A stretch of DNA of 56,162 nt, filler included, from Sluysia triapertura (Eukaryota): the NCBI GenBank assembly GCA_046118255.1. It is 4 parts of 4 records of this genome, joined end to end, with 100 filler letters (N's around TTAATTAATTAA, not from the genome) between each part and the next. Parts side by side here need not be neighbours in the genome. Positions count along the whole stretch, not along the records: positions 1 to 20,498 come from JBJNIA010018853.1; 3 more parts are not named here. One strand, written 5' to 3'. The notes below the pieces were generated by a model that saw nothing but the letters and a program-made list of their open reading frames with translations, had not been told where the DNA came from and made no database searches. Position 1 is the stretch's first letter; each line of letters begins with the position of its first letter. Shown here piece by piece: positions 1 to 13,652 of this stretch. Position numbers and translations under genes: made by a program.

Positions 1-19
1 GATTTTAAAGCAAGCTTAC

Positions 20-330
20 ACTATTGAGAAACGGATTAGGCTTTGATTTCAAATGGTATACAAATCATTTGCTTTATAAAAGCGTTTTAATTTCCGCCTG
101 TTGCATTTCTGTAATTTAATTAGGCCGAAGGCTTTACCAATTGTGGTTTAGTTGATACTCACGGAACAATCATTAGAATGACTTACGGATAAATGGTTCT
201 GAACAAAATAGCTAATGCAGATTGTTTAAATTTACCCCTATTGAATAATTTGCAAACCTTGATCAGAGTACACTGTAGAAGACAGGAAGGTTATGCAAGG
301 ACATGAAGATACATAATATTTATGAATTGA
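20..330 (-). mobile_element. possible decayed Merlin/IS1595-like transposase remnant
   Basis: Minus-strand translation with stops: SSTVYSDQG...HLSVSHSND, resembling the Merlin motif GSTIxSD...HxTVNHS. No TIRs found. Confidence 0.25.
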
Positions 331-2355
331 TTTGAGGCATGTAGAACAAATGCTGCATTCTATTATCTAAGTAATTAAAGAAATGAAAATTACATCAAAC
401 AAATCGTAAAATTCGAAAGGTTTAGATCTTATCTTATAACTTTTAACGTGCACGGAATTTGTCTTATTTATTGTGGTGCCACTGTCATCTATGATAATTT
501 TGTTACCATCAACATTCATAAAACTGTACATTTAAATATTCTATTCATTGTTACCTTACTACATTTAATACAAATCACAAATAATACCCTCACACTAAAA
601 TCAATTATATTAATATTATAATAGTTGAGTAAGCTATATATTCCAACATCATAGTCCCTTTTCCTTCTATCGCTATTCGCATCATTACTGCCATTATTTT
701 TTATTATTTTATCAATTTTGCTACTTTATTATTACTATTTGTATTATTTTACTATTTTTATTTTTGTTTAATGTTAATTTGATGCTTGATATTTATTTTT
801 GTGATATTTTTTGTTTAATATTATATACGACAAGTAAATAAAAATTAATAAAGTAGATAGTATAATTTTTGCGCACTATAAATCGAAACATTTTCAGTGG
901 ACGAAATCGATGCAAGAAGTGCTTCAAGAACCTTTTACCGAAGGTATTGGCGAATGTGATTTAAAATTAAGAATTGCCTCCATTACATTTGTTAGTGAAA
1001 TGAAGGAATTAATAATTAAATTGCACGATTTGGATTTCGAATTACGAGTTTAATATAAATCTTAAATATCATTATTACAANNNNNNNNNNNNNNNNNNNN
1101 NNNNNNNNNNNNNNNNNNNNNNNNNNNNNNNNNNNNNNNNNNNNNNNNNNNNNNNNNNNNNNNNNNNNNNNNNNNNNNNNNNNNNNNNNNNNNNNNNNNN
1201 NNNNNNNNNNNNNNNNNNNNNNNNNNNNNNNNNNNNNNNNNNNNNNNNNNNNNNNNNNNNNNNNNNNNCATTTTATTGAAGGATAGCTGCATCTTAAGAC
1301 TATAAATAAAACAGTCACGTAGAGAATTTGACTGGCCAAGTTACACTAAAAGACACGATAGTTATTACGTTACCTTACTTGTAGTCATTTTTTCCTTAGA
1401 TATCTTTTCATTTTTATACTCAATAATGCTCAACATAATACAATAAGCTGTGTAGTTTTAATACTATAATTGCATTTAAAATTAGTTTGTTTATATTCAT
1501 AAATCATAAATTAAATCATGAATTAAAAGCTGCACTTGTTTATTGTATTTCAATTATTCATTATGTTGTAGTTTAAGATTAATATATTTATTTTGTTGCA
1601 ATCTTTATTTTAAAATATTTATTTTAAATCTTCAAATTATTGCAACAATTAGAGATGAGAAACAAATAGATTCAAATACTATCTGAAAACAATGTAAATC
1701 AGTCTTTGATGTGCGTTCCTTATGCGAGTTTGATATTATTTCGTTATTCAAGCCTTCACTGCCAACACTTCTCTTTTATTCTTCGTAGTGAAATGAGTTT
1801 GTATGCACAAAAAACAAAAATTATTCAAAATTTCTTTTTCTCTTTTAAATTGATCTATTGTTTGAAAGTGAACACGTGAAAAGTTTCTAATATTTAAATT
1901 TGATTAAATAAAATTATAAAGTTGTGATGATGCTACATAAAACGTAAGCCGTAATAAGTCTTACAATTCGTAGATATATAATTTTTGTATGTTTTTTAAA
2001 CTTAAAGGTAATAAATAAAATATAATCGCATAACGAATCATTAATTTCGTGTGAGGTTTATGTAAAAATGATCGTTACAATTTAATTACCTTTAATCATC
2101 AATAATTAGTAGTTTCATTAAAATGTCATAAACATTTGAAAGTGTCACAAAAGTATGATCAAAAATAGTATAAAATAGTACAAATATAATATAAAATAAT
2201 TTAATGTAATAATGTAATATATAACATATAACCAATTTAAATTAGAAACTTACTCAAACATCTGAAGTAAAAAAGCAAAAACTCCTTGTGTTTGTGTAAA
2301 AGGCTTAAAGTGCCATGATGGTATACTGACTATAATAAAATAAAATTGTTAGAAG

Positions 2356-2427
2356 GGGCTGATAGCTCAGTGGTAGAGCATTCGAACTGCGCAGCGAAGG
2401 TCCCGGGTTCGATCCCCGGTCAGTTCA
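2356..2427 (+). ncRNA. tRNA-like element (probably tRNA-Cys derived) with a non-canonical anticodon arm; possible SINE or element head
   Basis: Acceptor stem GGGCTGA/TCAGTTC, D arm GCTC-AGTGGTA-GAGC (A box), T arm CCGGG-TTCGATC-CCCGG (B box), followed by TTTT. The anticodon region TTCGAACTGCGCAGCGAA does not form a 5-bp stem with a 7-nt loop. Confidence 0.8.
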
Positions 2428-4443
2428 TTTTATGAAGTCTAACACATATCGAATACCCTTCCGATGTTGAATTAATTGATTTATAATATGTTTGAGGACA
2501 AACATAATTGAATAGAAAAATAGAAAAGGCTCTGAATTAAACTGAAGCATCATAAAATATAAATAAAAACCTAACGTAAAGAAATAAATGTAAACCAGCA
2601 TAACTTTCCTAGGTATAAAAAATAGTTTGTCGAGAGTAGTGTTACAATGTCTACAATTATAGTTTAACTGAAATTTGATTTTTATCAATAGATAATATTT
2701 CATATATGTATCATAATTTTTGAAACACACTAAAAATTATATTTTTATTTTCATTGGAAAGGTTTAAAAGGTTATAATTTTGCCTGTGTTTGTAAAATTA
2801 GTTTATACCTAATTTCGTGAGTTAGCTTTTTTAAATCACACAGTACTACTTTTTATTGTAATCTAATTGACTGGCTTCTACTGATTAAATTATTATCTGG
2901 TACTTTTTGAAACTTGATATAAAGTGAAATTGCAATTTTTTACTGTCGACTTTAACTTTTTCATGTCTAAATTACTTTTGATAATAAAAGTTAATATTAC
3001 TTTTTAAAATAATGGTGCATTTTAAATTATAAGAAAATGTTACACTAAATATTAACATGAACTTATAATTTGTTTTTCTTCTGTTATTTTTTATCAATTT
3101 ATGTATTACAATTTGATAAATTATAAATTCATAAAAACCAAAATAAAAACCATGTTAATTATAATTTGCCGATCAAACACACGTGACCTAAATTTTATAT
3201 TAATATGTGTAAGCGATTCATTTACATTAATTAATTTGAAAATTAAAATAAATATTTAAATCAAAATAGTTTGTAAATGATATTTTTAAAATTACGAAAA
3301 AAACTGTGATCTTTTTTATTTAAATAAATTAAACACAAATGTAAACCAAACCACAAAGTTCAGTTTATAAAACGTACAAAATAATTTATAAAATAATTTA
3401 TAAACATCTTAATAGTTTCATTGCATTGTAAAAAGTAAATAAAGAAATAAATAATAAATCACATAAATATTTAAAATACTTACTCGAACATGTGAATATA
3501 TCTCAAACGAAAATAGAATTATAAACCCTATGAAAGAAAAATTGATGAAAGTCAGTCTTATAATTCTATGTATCTAGAAGGTTACCAAACAGATACCAAA
3601 GAGGATTTCTCCAAGATATATAACTCGAAGAGAACATTCCAATGTCTCATCAGAAATCTCTTGATATGATGATATACAACCAATGAAATAAAAAAATAAA
3701 TATAATTACCAATTAACATCAAAAATAAAGCAAATATAAATGAACCTCACTAAAATTATGAATAATTATAACATTCTGATGTATTTTAATAATTATAAAA
3801 AAATAGATACATCATGGAAGAATATGCCGTGGATATAACTCAAAAGAAGCTATATTTATGTGATTGGAAATGGTAAAGGTAATGATTATAATTTAAATTT
3901 TGAAAAAATGTATCATGAATAATATATAAATATAATGTAACAAATAAATTATTAATAATTGTTCCAGAATCACACAATACAATCATGGAAAACTAGGAGG
4001 CCAACTGTCAGATGTAACAATAAAATTTTCCAAACAGAAAGAATCAGATTGATAGAATTGAATGTTTAGATAAAACTATTATTATGTGTAATCAACAGAA
4101 AATTAAATATAATGTAGAACAAATTACCAACAATATATGTGATTGTTCAGAAGATTTAATAATTTAAATGGATACTTTAAAGCAATTCCCGAAATTAAAA
4201 ATTATTAAAAATTAAATTGTGTACTCCAAAAGAAATAATCAAAAGCAAATATTTGTAAAAAAACAAATTTAAAACATTATAATTTTGAATTCAAACAAAT
4301 ATTTAATAAAATAAATAATTTTTAAATACATTAATCAGGAACTTATAACTTTATTAAACTTAAAATAGGAATGAAATCTTTCAAAAATACGCTCAAAAGA
4401 AAATAAAAGAAAAATAAGGAAAAATGCAGCTTAACACATTTAA

Positions 4444-4514
4444 TTAACTCCTTAAGTCGAATTAACTTAACTGCGTTTAAATTTTTTCAAAAACAGTGCG
4501 CGTTAAAGGGTTAA
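4444..4514. mobile_element. short piggyBac-type terminus or mini-MITE remnant
   Basis: Ends ...CGTTAAAGGG-TTAA; weak partner TTAA-CTCCTTAAG at 4444. Confidence 0.3.
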
Positions 4515-6475
4515 GAAGCTGCAACATATGAAGAATATCAAAAAAGTTCAAAAAAATCAATACTAAGACGAATATAATATAAGTTGTATTATAGACTAAA
4601 ATTAAGACGAATGTAAATATAATATAGGATACATAACCACAATATAGAACATACGGACAGTTAGAATTATATAATAAAATGTTATTAACTATTATACGGA
4701 CAAAATTGGCCATGTAGAGGTAAAAATGTAGGGGAATACGATTAAAATGTATATTTTATTATAAAGTAAAATTTTCCAGAGAAAAATTGATTATAAAAAA
4801 TTATTATAGACTTGAAGTGAGAAGGTTTTGGGATATAATGTAAAGTCTGAAAAATGCTATTACGGAAGTGGTTTTCATTATAAATCACAGAAATAATTTG
4901 AAATAATGTAGAGGGTACAAAAATAATTAAGAAGATATTCACTAATATTTGATTGTGAAATTGAAAGTTATTGAGAAAAATAATGAAATAGCATATCTTA
5001 AAATTAAAATTCTGACTAAATTACTAAAATAAAAATGCAAAGTTCGTTTAAATTAGGGTGGTATTTTTATTTTTATCATTATTGAAAATAAACTGTAATA
5101 CATTTAAGCCAGAATAAGTTTAAAATGATTAAAAACAGGAGTTATAAAACTCATAATTGTCTAAATTTATAAATACTCTTAAAGTAAGAGTAAGTAAAAA
5201 TAAGTTTAAATTTTGTAAGTTTAATTTTAAACCAAAGTAATAATTCATAGTCTCTTTATTATATATAAATACTATGAAAAACTGAAGAAGCTCTTAAAAC
5301 CCCGATAGATGCAAATGAACTTAGACACTACCATTAATAATATTTTAAATCCTAGAAGTACATTACACAAGTATTTTTATTTGAAACATAAATTAAACGA
5401 AATTGCACAACCATAGCCAAAGAATCGTAGAAGTAAAATGTACCAGTTACTTCGTGTTGGAGGATATTAAAAATATATTTTTAGATGAAGGATTATTAAA
5501 GTTAAAATAAGAATATAAGAAATATGAAGAAAATATGTTATCAGTCTAAATCTAAGTTCCTTAAAACATGTGGAATTTCGTGTGAACATTACAAGCATAT
5601 TACAAAACGGAATAAAATATTAGATGAAACATATTTACTAACTTAATTGTTTATTTCAAATAGATTTCACTAATTAGGAAGTCGAAATACTGTAATAATA
5701 AAAATACCGAAAATCATGACACATATAGATGATTTAAAAAGAAAGTGAAATATAAAATCAAAAAGAGATTAATACCAACAAAAGAAAAATATTTAATGGA
5801 GCAGGAAAAGTGGATCGAAAAATGCTTTCCTTACAACCACAAAATCTTATAGCAAAATATGCGGTTTTAGTATGTACGGTTGCGACACATTCTATAATAA
5901 GTAGAAATTTTAAATGAAGAACATAGAGAATAATAATAATGATAATAAACAAAGTGTACTATATGTACAAATATTAAAGTTTAAAAAAAGTAAATACTAA
6001 TGCGTCATAAATCTTGCATGATAAAATTGACACTAAAAAAATAAGTTAGAAAAAAAGACACACCGGGATTTATTACAATTAAACAAAGAAAATATAAAAC
6101 CTACAATAGAAAATCTTCTATTATTTATATATTTTATTTCATTTAATTTTGATAATATATATATATATATATATATATTCATATATGATTTAGTATTTAT
6201 CTTGTCTAAATGTTTTTTTCTATTTGTACAAAATAAACGATTTTAAATAATAAAACTATTTAAAAATTAAATTCGTTTACAGTTTAATTATGTAAGCTTA
6301 TTATCAATTTGATAGGTGAAATGAAAATATTTACAATTTTTAAAAGTTACCATGTTTATATATAAATTTCGTTAAATTTTGAATACAAATTGTAACAAAA
6401 TTATTTTATACACTAATATAAATTACTATAAATTTAAAACCGAATTTTTCATTATTTAAAATATTACAAACTTAC

Positions 6476-6761
6476 CTAAAATATAAGCTGCAGCACCACC
6501 ATTTAATCTAATATCCAAATAGGGAAAATCTAAATAGTTCATTTTTTGGCGCAAAGTTATCAGAAAATCTTTTATTGTAATAGACAACGTTGGTTGACCG
6601 CATTCACCGCATATCATAAGAGTAACATTTAATATGTCATCTAATCGACATATTTGATCATAATTTAATATCGATTGATTGCATTCTTTTAATTTAGTAA
6701 CGAACTTAATTGGATTTTCTACAATTATCGAATTTTGAATGGCATTACCACAATTGGTCAT
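6476..6761 (-). CDS. TENT5: terminal nucleotidyltransferase TENT5/FAM46 family, first coding exon
   Basis: ILNYDQICRLDDILN...PTLSI...DIRLNGGAAAYILG matches the FAM46 N-terminal signature (VRLNGxAASxVL). GTAAG donor after 6476. Downstream exons not recognised. Confidence 0.8.
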
Positions 6762-8712
6762 ATTTTTTTGTCAAACAGCAGTAAAATTACTAACCACAAT
6801 TTGTATTTTTAAGGTTATACATTATTAGTAAAAATTCGATTTAATTAATCTGATTGGTTGATATTTAGTGACGTCAGATTTTTAATTATGTATTATATTG
6901 CATACCTAGTTCTTAGTTTGTATATATAGGTAAATTTATGATCTATGTACATTATATTAGTAAAAATAATTGGTATGCGTACTTAAAATATTCTACAATT
7001 ACAACAATATAATTTCCTTTTATAGATGACAGTTCTTTGAAAATACAGTACATATAAACAAAATTAGGAAGGAAGGTCACATTATCTTGTTTAGTTATAT
7101 ATTTGTATTGTAATCACTAAAATAATTCAAATCAATTTATTGAGATTTCATTTATTAAATGACAAAATAGGTATGCCTTTTGTTTATCATTTGTTTAGTA
7201 ATTACCTTAGAAACTGTTTATTTATAAGTATTTCGTTAGTTTATTATGCTATTTTTAGGTACTCTTAATACTTTCTTTAACTAAATTTAGAATTTATAAC
7301 ATTGAAAATGTTTAACTATTGACATTTTACTTTAAAATTTTATTAACATACGTTATATTTTGAAAAGAAGTTTTATATAGTTAGAAATATATTCATTTAC
7401 TTAGTAGAAATTTGGGTAATATCATAAGAATAGATTATTTTAGTTTCTGCTACTGCTAATTTTTAATAATTTAGGATTTTAAATTTAATGGGGAGAAATG
7501 CATACATAAAAATATATTTTAATTTTATTTTACTACTTTTATTAATACATTTTTAAATAAAGTTAAAATATTGAAAGTATTGTTATGATATTTAATTGAT
7601 TCAGATTTTGTTTGAGAGAGATTTACATTTAGTATTTCTTACTGAAATATTGCTTAGTAAAATTGTTNNNNNNNNNNNNNNNNNNNNNNNNNNNNNNNNN
7701 NNNNNNNNNNNNNNNNNNNNNNNNNNNNNNNNNNNNNNNNNNNNNNNNNNNNNNNNNNNNNNNNNNNNNNNNNNNNNNNNNNNNNNNNNNNNNNNNNNNN
7801 NNNNNNNNNNNNNNNNNNNNNNNNNGTTAGAGAGTCAATTTATTAAGGGATTTATAAAGAATTTAAAAAACTCGATTAAAACAAGTCTTTTTAGAAATAT
7901 GGCAGAACAAATTTAGTATATAACTATGAGTTTATACTTGAGAAACATTAAAAACTAAACTCCATTATAATAGGTAATTCTATATTTTAATAAATCATAT
8001 TTTTAGTTTATTTATAAAAAAAAATTTAAATTTTAAATCAATACGAATCGAGATTAAAATGTGATACCTCTAGTGGAAATTATTAAATTTAATAATGGAA
8101 AGATTTATAACCAAAATATACATTTTTATTACTTAAATGTATAGTTGCTCATTTTTCGAAAAAATAAAACGATTATAAATATTAATGATCCTTTTTAACT
8201 GCGATAACGGAAAATCCAGCGGTCAATAAAATATTGCAAAAGAAACACAAAACCAGATAAAGTTTTAACTTATCAAGAATAATCAATTTAATAAAAATCA
8301 AAGTTCAAAATACAATGGTTCGTTTATTTTAAGTGACAATATTTGATTGTCATTTTTATTTTATTCAAATTGTCAATATGCATAATGATTTATTAAATTT
8401 GTGTATTGAACTTGATATTGGTTTATTTTGTATAATTGTTCAATTGCAGTTTTTGTATTTAGGGTTGTTTTAAATTAAAATAGTAAAAACAATTTTTATT
8501 ATTAATTTTAAATTACGTAAAAAATAATTAAATAGTTATGTTACTTAAAGAATAATAATAATTATTATAATAATATATTCGTAAACATTTTTTAATGATT
8601 GAAATATGATATTTCGAATAAACTCTGTTAACGTAGAATAATATTTCATGATTTCGTCGTCTGCATAATAATAATATATAAAATAACCAATTCGGTGTAT
8701 TATTTTCAAATA

Positions 8713-9536
8713 CACTAGAACTCCCAATGTTCCAGTTTTGGGAGTGTTGTCCAATTTCAGAAAGAAGTTAGTTTTAGTTAAAATAAAAGATTTGAAAAAT
8801 CAAACAAGTGTATTTTGTTAACTGTTCGTACATAACTATAGATAGTTACTGAAAATTAGATAATAAATGCATTTCATGCAAACTTAAATAAAGAAACATT
8901 CTCTAAACTGAATAACTAGCGATTTTGTATGCTTTTAAATATTGACTGCTTAACTAAATTTCATTAATATTTAATTTTGCAGTTGGTTGGTGTTTAAACA
9001 AAATAAAATCTTTATTCATATGTTGTGCTGGCTTTTTCTCCTTCCAGTTCATCAGTAACTAACTCATTTGTTGGATACTCGGTTGCCTTTAAAGTGCCTT
9101 TAACAAGATTACGAAGTTACGGCTTTGAAACTTCTGCTTAGCTATTTTTCTTTGCTACACATGTGCTTGCATAAGGCAGTTTTCTGTAAAACAAGGATTA
9201 TTCTCTGACTTTGAGCACAGTCTCAATTGACTTCTCTGATTCATCTGTTCACAATTTTCATTTTGAGCATTTGAACAAGAATCATCTGATTTATTTTCGG
9301 AATCATTAGTTTCTGTTTCAATTCTTTCATCATAATTTAACCATGCTTCAACATCATCAAGCGGATTCATAAATGAGCTATTTTCTGTGAGCTGGCTAAT
9401 TGTTAATGATTTTTCGGTTTATTACTATTTATTACTATCTGTTCTCCAAAAATTATAGTAAAAATATAAGCTACAAGTATGTTCCTGTTTGAGAAAGTCC
9501 CAGTTTGAAAATGTTCCAGTTTTGGGAGTTGTAGTG
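8713..9536 (-). mobile_element. non-autonomous pogo/Tigger-like (Tc1/mariner superfamily) DNA transposon
   Basis: TA target duplication and TIRs CACTAGAACTCCCAA / TTGGGAGTTGTAGTG; subterminal repeat AATGTTCCAGTTTTGGGAGT at both ends. Internal ORF 9155-9370 (DDVEAWLNYD plus acidic tract) resembles a pogo transposase C-terminus. Confidence 0.75.
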
Positions 9537-12002
9537 TATTCACTCTCAATGTGATTTATTTGATATTAAAAGAAATGATAAAATTTACTACTAATAAATT
9601 TAGATTACAAATAATAAATTTGTGATAATCAAATCACCATATTTTTGAATTTAGACTTTATAGTCTTTCCGTCAATAATTGTTTAATTGATCCAACGTCA
9701 TCGATCGAAATTGATAAATGCAGTGTTGATGACTGCAAACTTGATAATTCACTCTATGTATACTCAAGTTTTTTACTTTGTTATTTTTAGTCGATAAAGC
9801 TTATTCTTTATTTTGTTATTATTATCCGTAAGTGTATCATTGTATTTCTCTTCTTCTCTAGTGTGTCACTTATAAATAGGTCTTTGTCATGATGTTTGTC
9901 GGATTTATCCTTAATTATATCTTCATGAAGTTTCAATTCAATTAAAAATTCAATTCATTCAAAATGACACTACGTTCTAATGACGTAGCGCGTTTTTTAA
10001 TTCGTATCTCTTCAAGGTGTATTTACTTATGGATAACAAACAAAAATAATATTTTAACTTACATTTATTACAAAACTTTTACTCAAATTATAGCACGTCA
10101 CGAATAAACAATCACAAATGAATAAAAAGTGAATAAATTATAAATCAAAGAATCACATACCAAAAATATACGTTGTAACTTACCGGATATATTTTTGAAG
10201 TTGTGTCGAAAAGGCGATGACACTGACCTAGAATTTTGTAAATCAACTATTTTTATAATACTTTCTAAATTTAAACTTTTCTGACAGGAAAAGTATAGTG
10301 GATTTCATAGTTAATTTTATATTAGACAATAAATGATTGAAACTAAACATTCGGATAGCTGTAATAACTTAGCTAAATTTAAGTTTAATTCTGTAATTTC
10401 AAAATAACTACTAAATATAAGATCAAATTAATGATTTTCTTATTTTTAACTGGAACTGAATCAATAACTTTAACTAAGATATCTCTTTTAAGCACTGTTC
10501 GATGACCCATGACAAAATTGCCACGATGTAATACATTTATTTGTAGATGTCTTGTTGAAGGTATGATTTAATTAATTTCTCTTATATTTTTATTAACTTT
10601 AGATGTAATTTTTAAATTCTTTGTACTGCCGCACATAAATGAATGATACAGCACGTAATGTGTTAGCATTACTCGAAAGAATAAGTGTCCCTAAAAAATG
10701 TTTTAATAAAGTTTTTGCTAAGGCAAACCAAAATAGTGAACCTCCTTTTAATAAGCTTCAATATAACTTTAAATTCGTTTTATAGATGTTTACAATGAAT
10801 TTTAGCTTATACTATATTTATTTGAGCAGAGGTTCTGCTCTTATTTATGAACATTCAAATCAGGAATTTTAATTAAATCAATAAATTAACTGTTCTTTAC
10901 GGTGGTTTATTAGCACTACTTGAGACCTGTCCTATTATTTAACCTTATGTAGATTACTTCGTTAATTTATTAAATTTAGCTTGTTTTAGATTTAAATCTT
11001 ATCAAAACTAACACTATAAATAACGCTATCAAAATTATACACTATAAAATTATAAATTTACACACTATAATAATAGCAGATAGTAATAGAGAACAAGATA
11101 TACAAATAAATACAGCTTTTATTTCGTTGCGATATCTTCTCACGAAAATAAATAATATGGAAAATAAAAAACCTTATTGTAACTCTTTCAATTCAAAATT
11201 TTAAATTTCGTTGTTTTTATATTTAATAATATAGGTCATTCATAGATATTATCACACAAACAAAAAGAAATATTCTTTTTAGTTACATTAATTTAATTCG
11301 AAAATAAATCAGTATCGACCTAATCATCTGAATAATTACACATTCAGCTAGTGTAACACGACGACCAGCAAATCAAAATCTAAAAAATGAACTAAGCACT
11401 ACAGGAATAAGAAACAGATCAGTAGTGTTTAATTTCACAATAATCTTTTATCACATAAATTCCTTTCATTGTAATTCAAATACTATTCATCAATATTAAG
11501 ATACTATTAGTATGTAAATGATTAGTAAATAATTTTTCATCTGTTAATTCCTTGTTTAACTATTATGCAAATTTTATTGAACTATTTTGTAAATTTTGTA
11601 AAAATATTCATTTCTATTGAATAACAAAAATGTGTAAGCTGCATATGATAATCCAATTTCTAAACTTGCTAATTTCAATTCTATTAATGATGATGAATCA
11701 TGAGAAATAATAATTAATACTAATTGAATTTGAATCGAGACAAAATCTAATTCACTACCAAACATAACTACATCTCACTTTGATATTTATGGTGAATTTT
11801 CTTTAGGCAGTCATATTAATTTCATTTATTTAAACAAAAACAAATATTAAATATTTTAAATTTTACAAAAATTTTATTAATATTTAATACAAAAATATTT
11901 ATTTACAAAATTAGAATTTTGAATTTAATGTTTTTTTTAAATTTATTAAAAAATTAATATTTTAAATATTTTATTTTATTGCAAGATTTTTTGTTGTCTT
12001 AC

Positions 12003-12080
12003 GAATAAAAAATGAATGAATATGGTGAATTCACCAACGTACCTAGTCTTTCCGGTTAGGATTAGCCGTTGGGTTTCTAA
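12003..12080. repeat. dispersed structured repeat, copy 1 (copy 2 at ~14673)
   Basis: AATAT.GTGA.TTCACCAAC...AGCCGTTGG shared with 14673-14750. Confidence 0.7.
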
Positions 12081-13652
12081 AAGTAAACAAATGTTGGAGG
12101 TCAACTCGTAATAGATGCAATTAAATTTTTAAAAGTTTGTGATATCTTCCTTAAGATTTAAATAATATTATAATCGTATTACTTAGAATTGTACAAATGC
12201 CGGAGGAATATAATATTATTTATAATTCTTAGTAACAAAATTAATTAAACAGTAAAGACTCGATTATGAATGTATATTAGGTATCACAGTACAAAATTAC
12301 AATACAAAATATAAAATAATATAATAATTTACAATATAAACTTAAATGGGTTAATATCCAAAAATGATTTTGGTAGTTACTTTTCGTAAAAACCTTCTAA
12401 ATGGTTCTATAAATATATGTAATAATGATTTTAAGTAAATTTTACGGTGTACCTTAGTATAATACTAATAAAATAAACTAACGACAGATTAAAACTTTGA
12501 TTAATTATCGAAGGATCAGTTCCACCGAAATTATGCCAAATTAGAAGTCATATATTGAAATTGTTGTAAAAATATATTAAAATTCAATTGCTATTTATAC
12601 AAATTTGTAGAGCTGACCTTGACTTTATTTTAACAAATTAATTTATTTAGAACAAATTAATAATATTTTTTAACAAAAATGATATTAAGATCAAAATAAT
12701 TACATTAAATTAAATTCAATAATAATTCAAGATAATCAGATGTAAAAACTTTTAATAAATAATGATTACTTACATTAAAAATATTTCCAAAGTTTTGATT
12801 AAAATTGACTAAATATTATACTAAATATCAATGCAAAAAATTCTAAATATTAATCCAATATTACAAGTAACACACAATACGCAAGATCAATCAATAATAT
12901 TCATTTATAACATATATAATTATGAATATTTTGTAACAATTAACAAGAAAATTATTTTTATTTTAATGGAAATTTAGTATTAGTTAACGCTGTACATTCG
13001 GATTTTTGGTAATATTTAAAAAGTTTTAAGAAGCTAAAATTTATTTAACAATTTAATATTGTGTGAAGATAATTATTCAGCTAAATTAAATTATATTCAA
13101 ATTAAAATAGTAAAATCCTTAAATAAAATCATAATAATCACGACCAGTCTTATTATTTATGTCGCATTTATATTTCATATTAAATATAATCTATAGTACT
13201 AAAAGGCATTAGATTTAGACTCTGTAAATCCAAACTCCATATTTGAAGATGTTCTTTAATTGTTATAATCGTCGTGTAAGCCATTAACATTTAATTAATA
13301 TTTTAATAATTTATATCATTATTATTATTTAATAATAATTATTATAAAAAATAAAATTGGAGCTGTAGGCCTAACAAATGCAACTAAAAGTTGTTTAAAT
13401 GATTACCATGAAAATAAATTATTAGATTTGGCTGATACCTCAAATGATTAGAACATCGAACTGTGTTAAAAGTCCAACATAGCAGTATAAGTGAAGCATA
13501 AAAATATAATTAATTAATATCTGTTAAATGTAGTAAGTTTCAAGGGATTTTATAACTTGTCAAAATTAGTATCATAATCCCAGGTAAAGTATGTTTATTT
13601 TTTAATTCTAATATAAAATAATACCAAAACTAATTTTTAATTTTTAATATAG

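Noticed and set aside
1016-1339. ORFs spanning N gaps (also 7596-7916 and 15528-15722)
   Set aside because: Open only because of Ns.
1944-1964. GTAAG-CC-GTAATAA-GT-CTTAC hairpin resembling the bulged-A motif, upstream of the first tRNA-like head
   Set aside because: Lacks the bulged A and one C-G pair, and none of the module's flanking blocks are present; may be chance.
2356-2427. Functional tRNA-Cys, tRNA-Ala or tRNA-Arg call
   Set aside because: No canonical anticodon stem-loop can be formed, so no anticodon is assignable.
2475-2510. Possible decayed RING start (FIICLRT) after the first head
   Set aside because: Remaining zinc ligands not found; similarity too weak.
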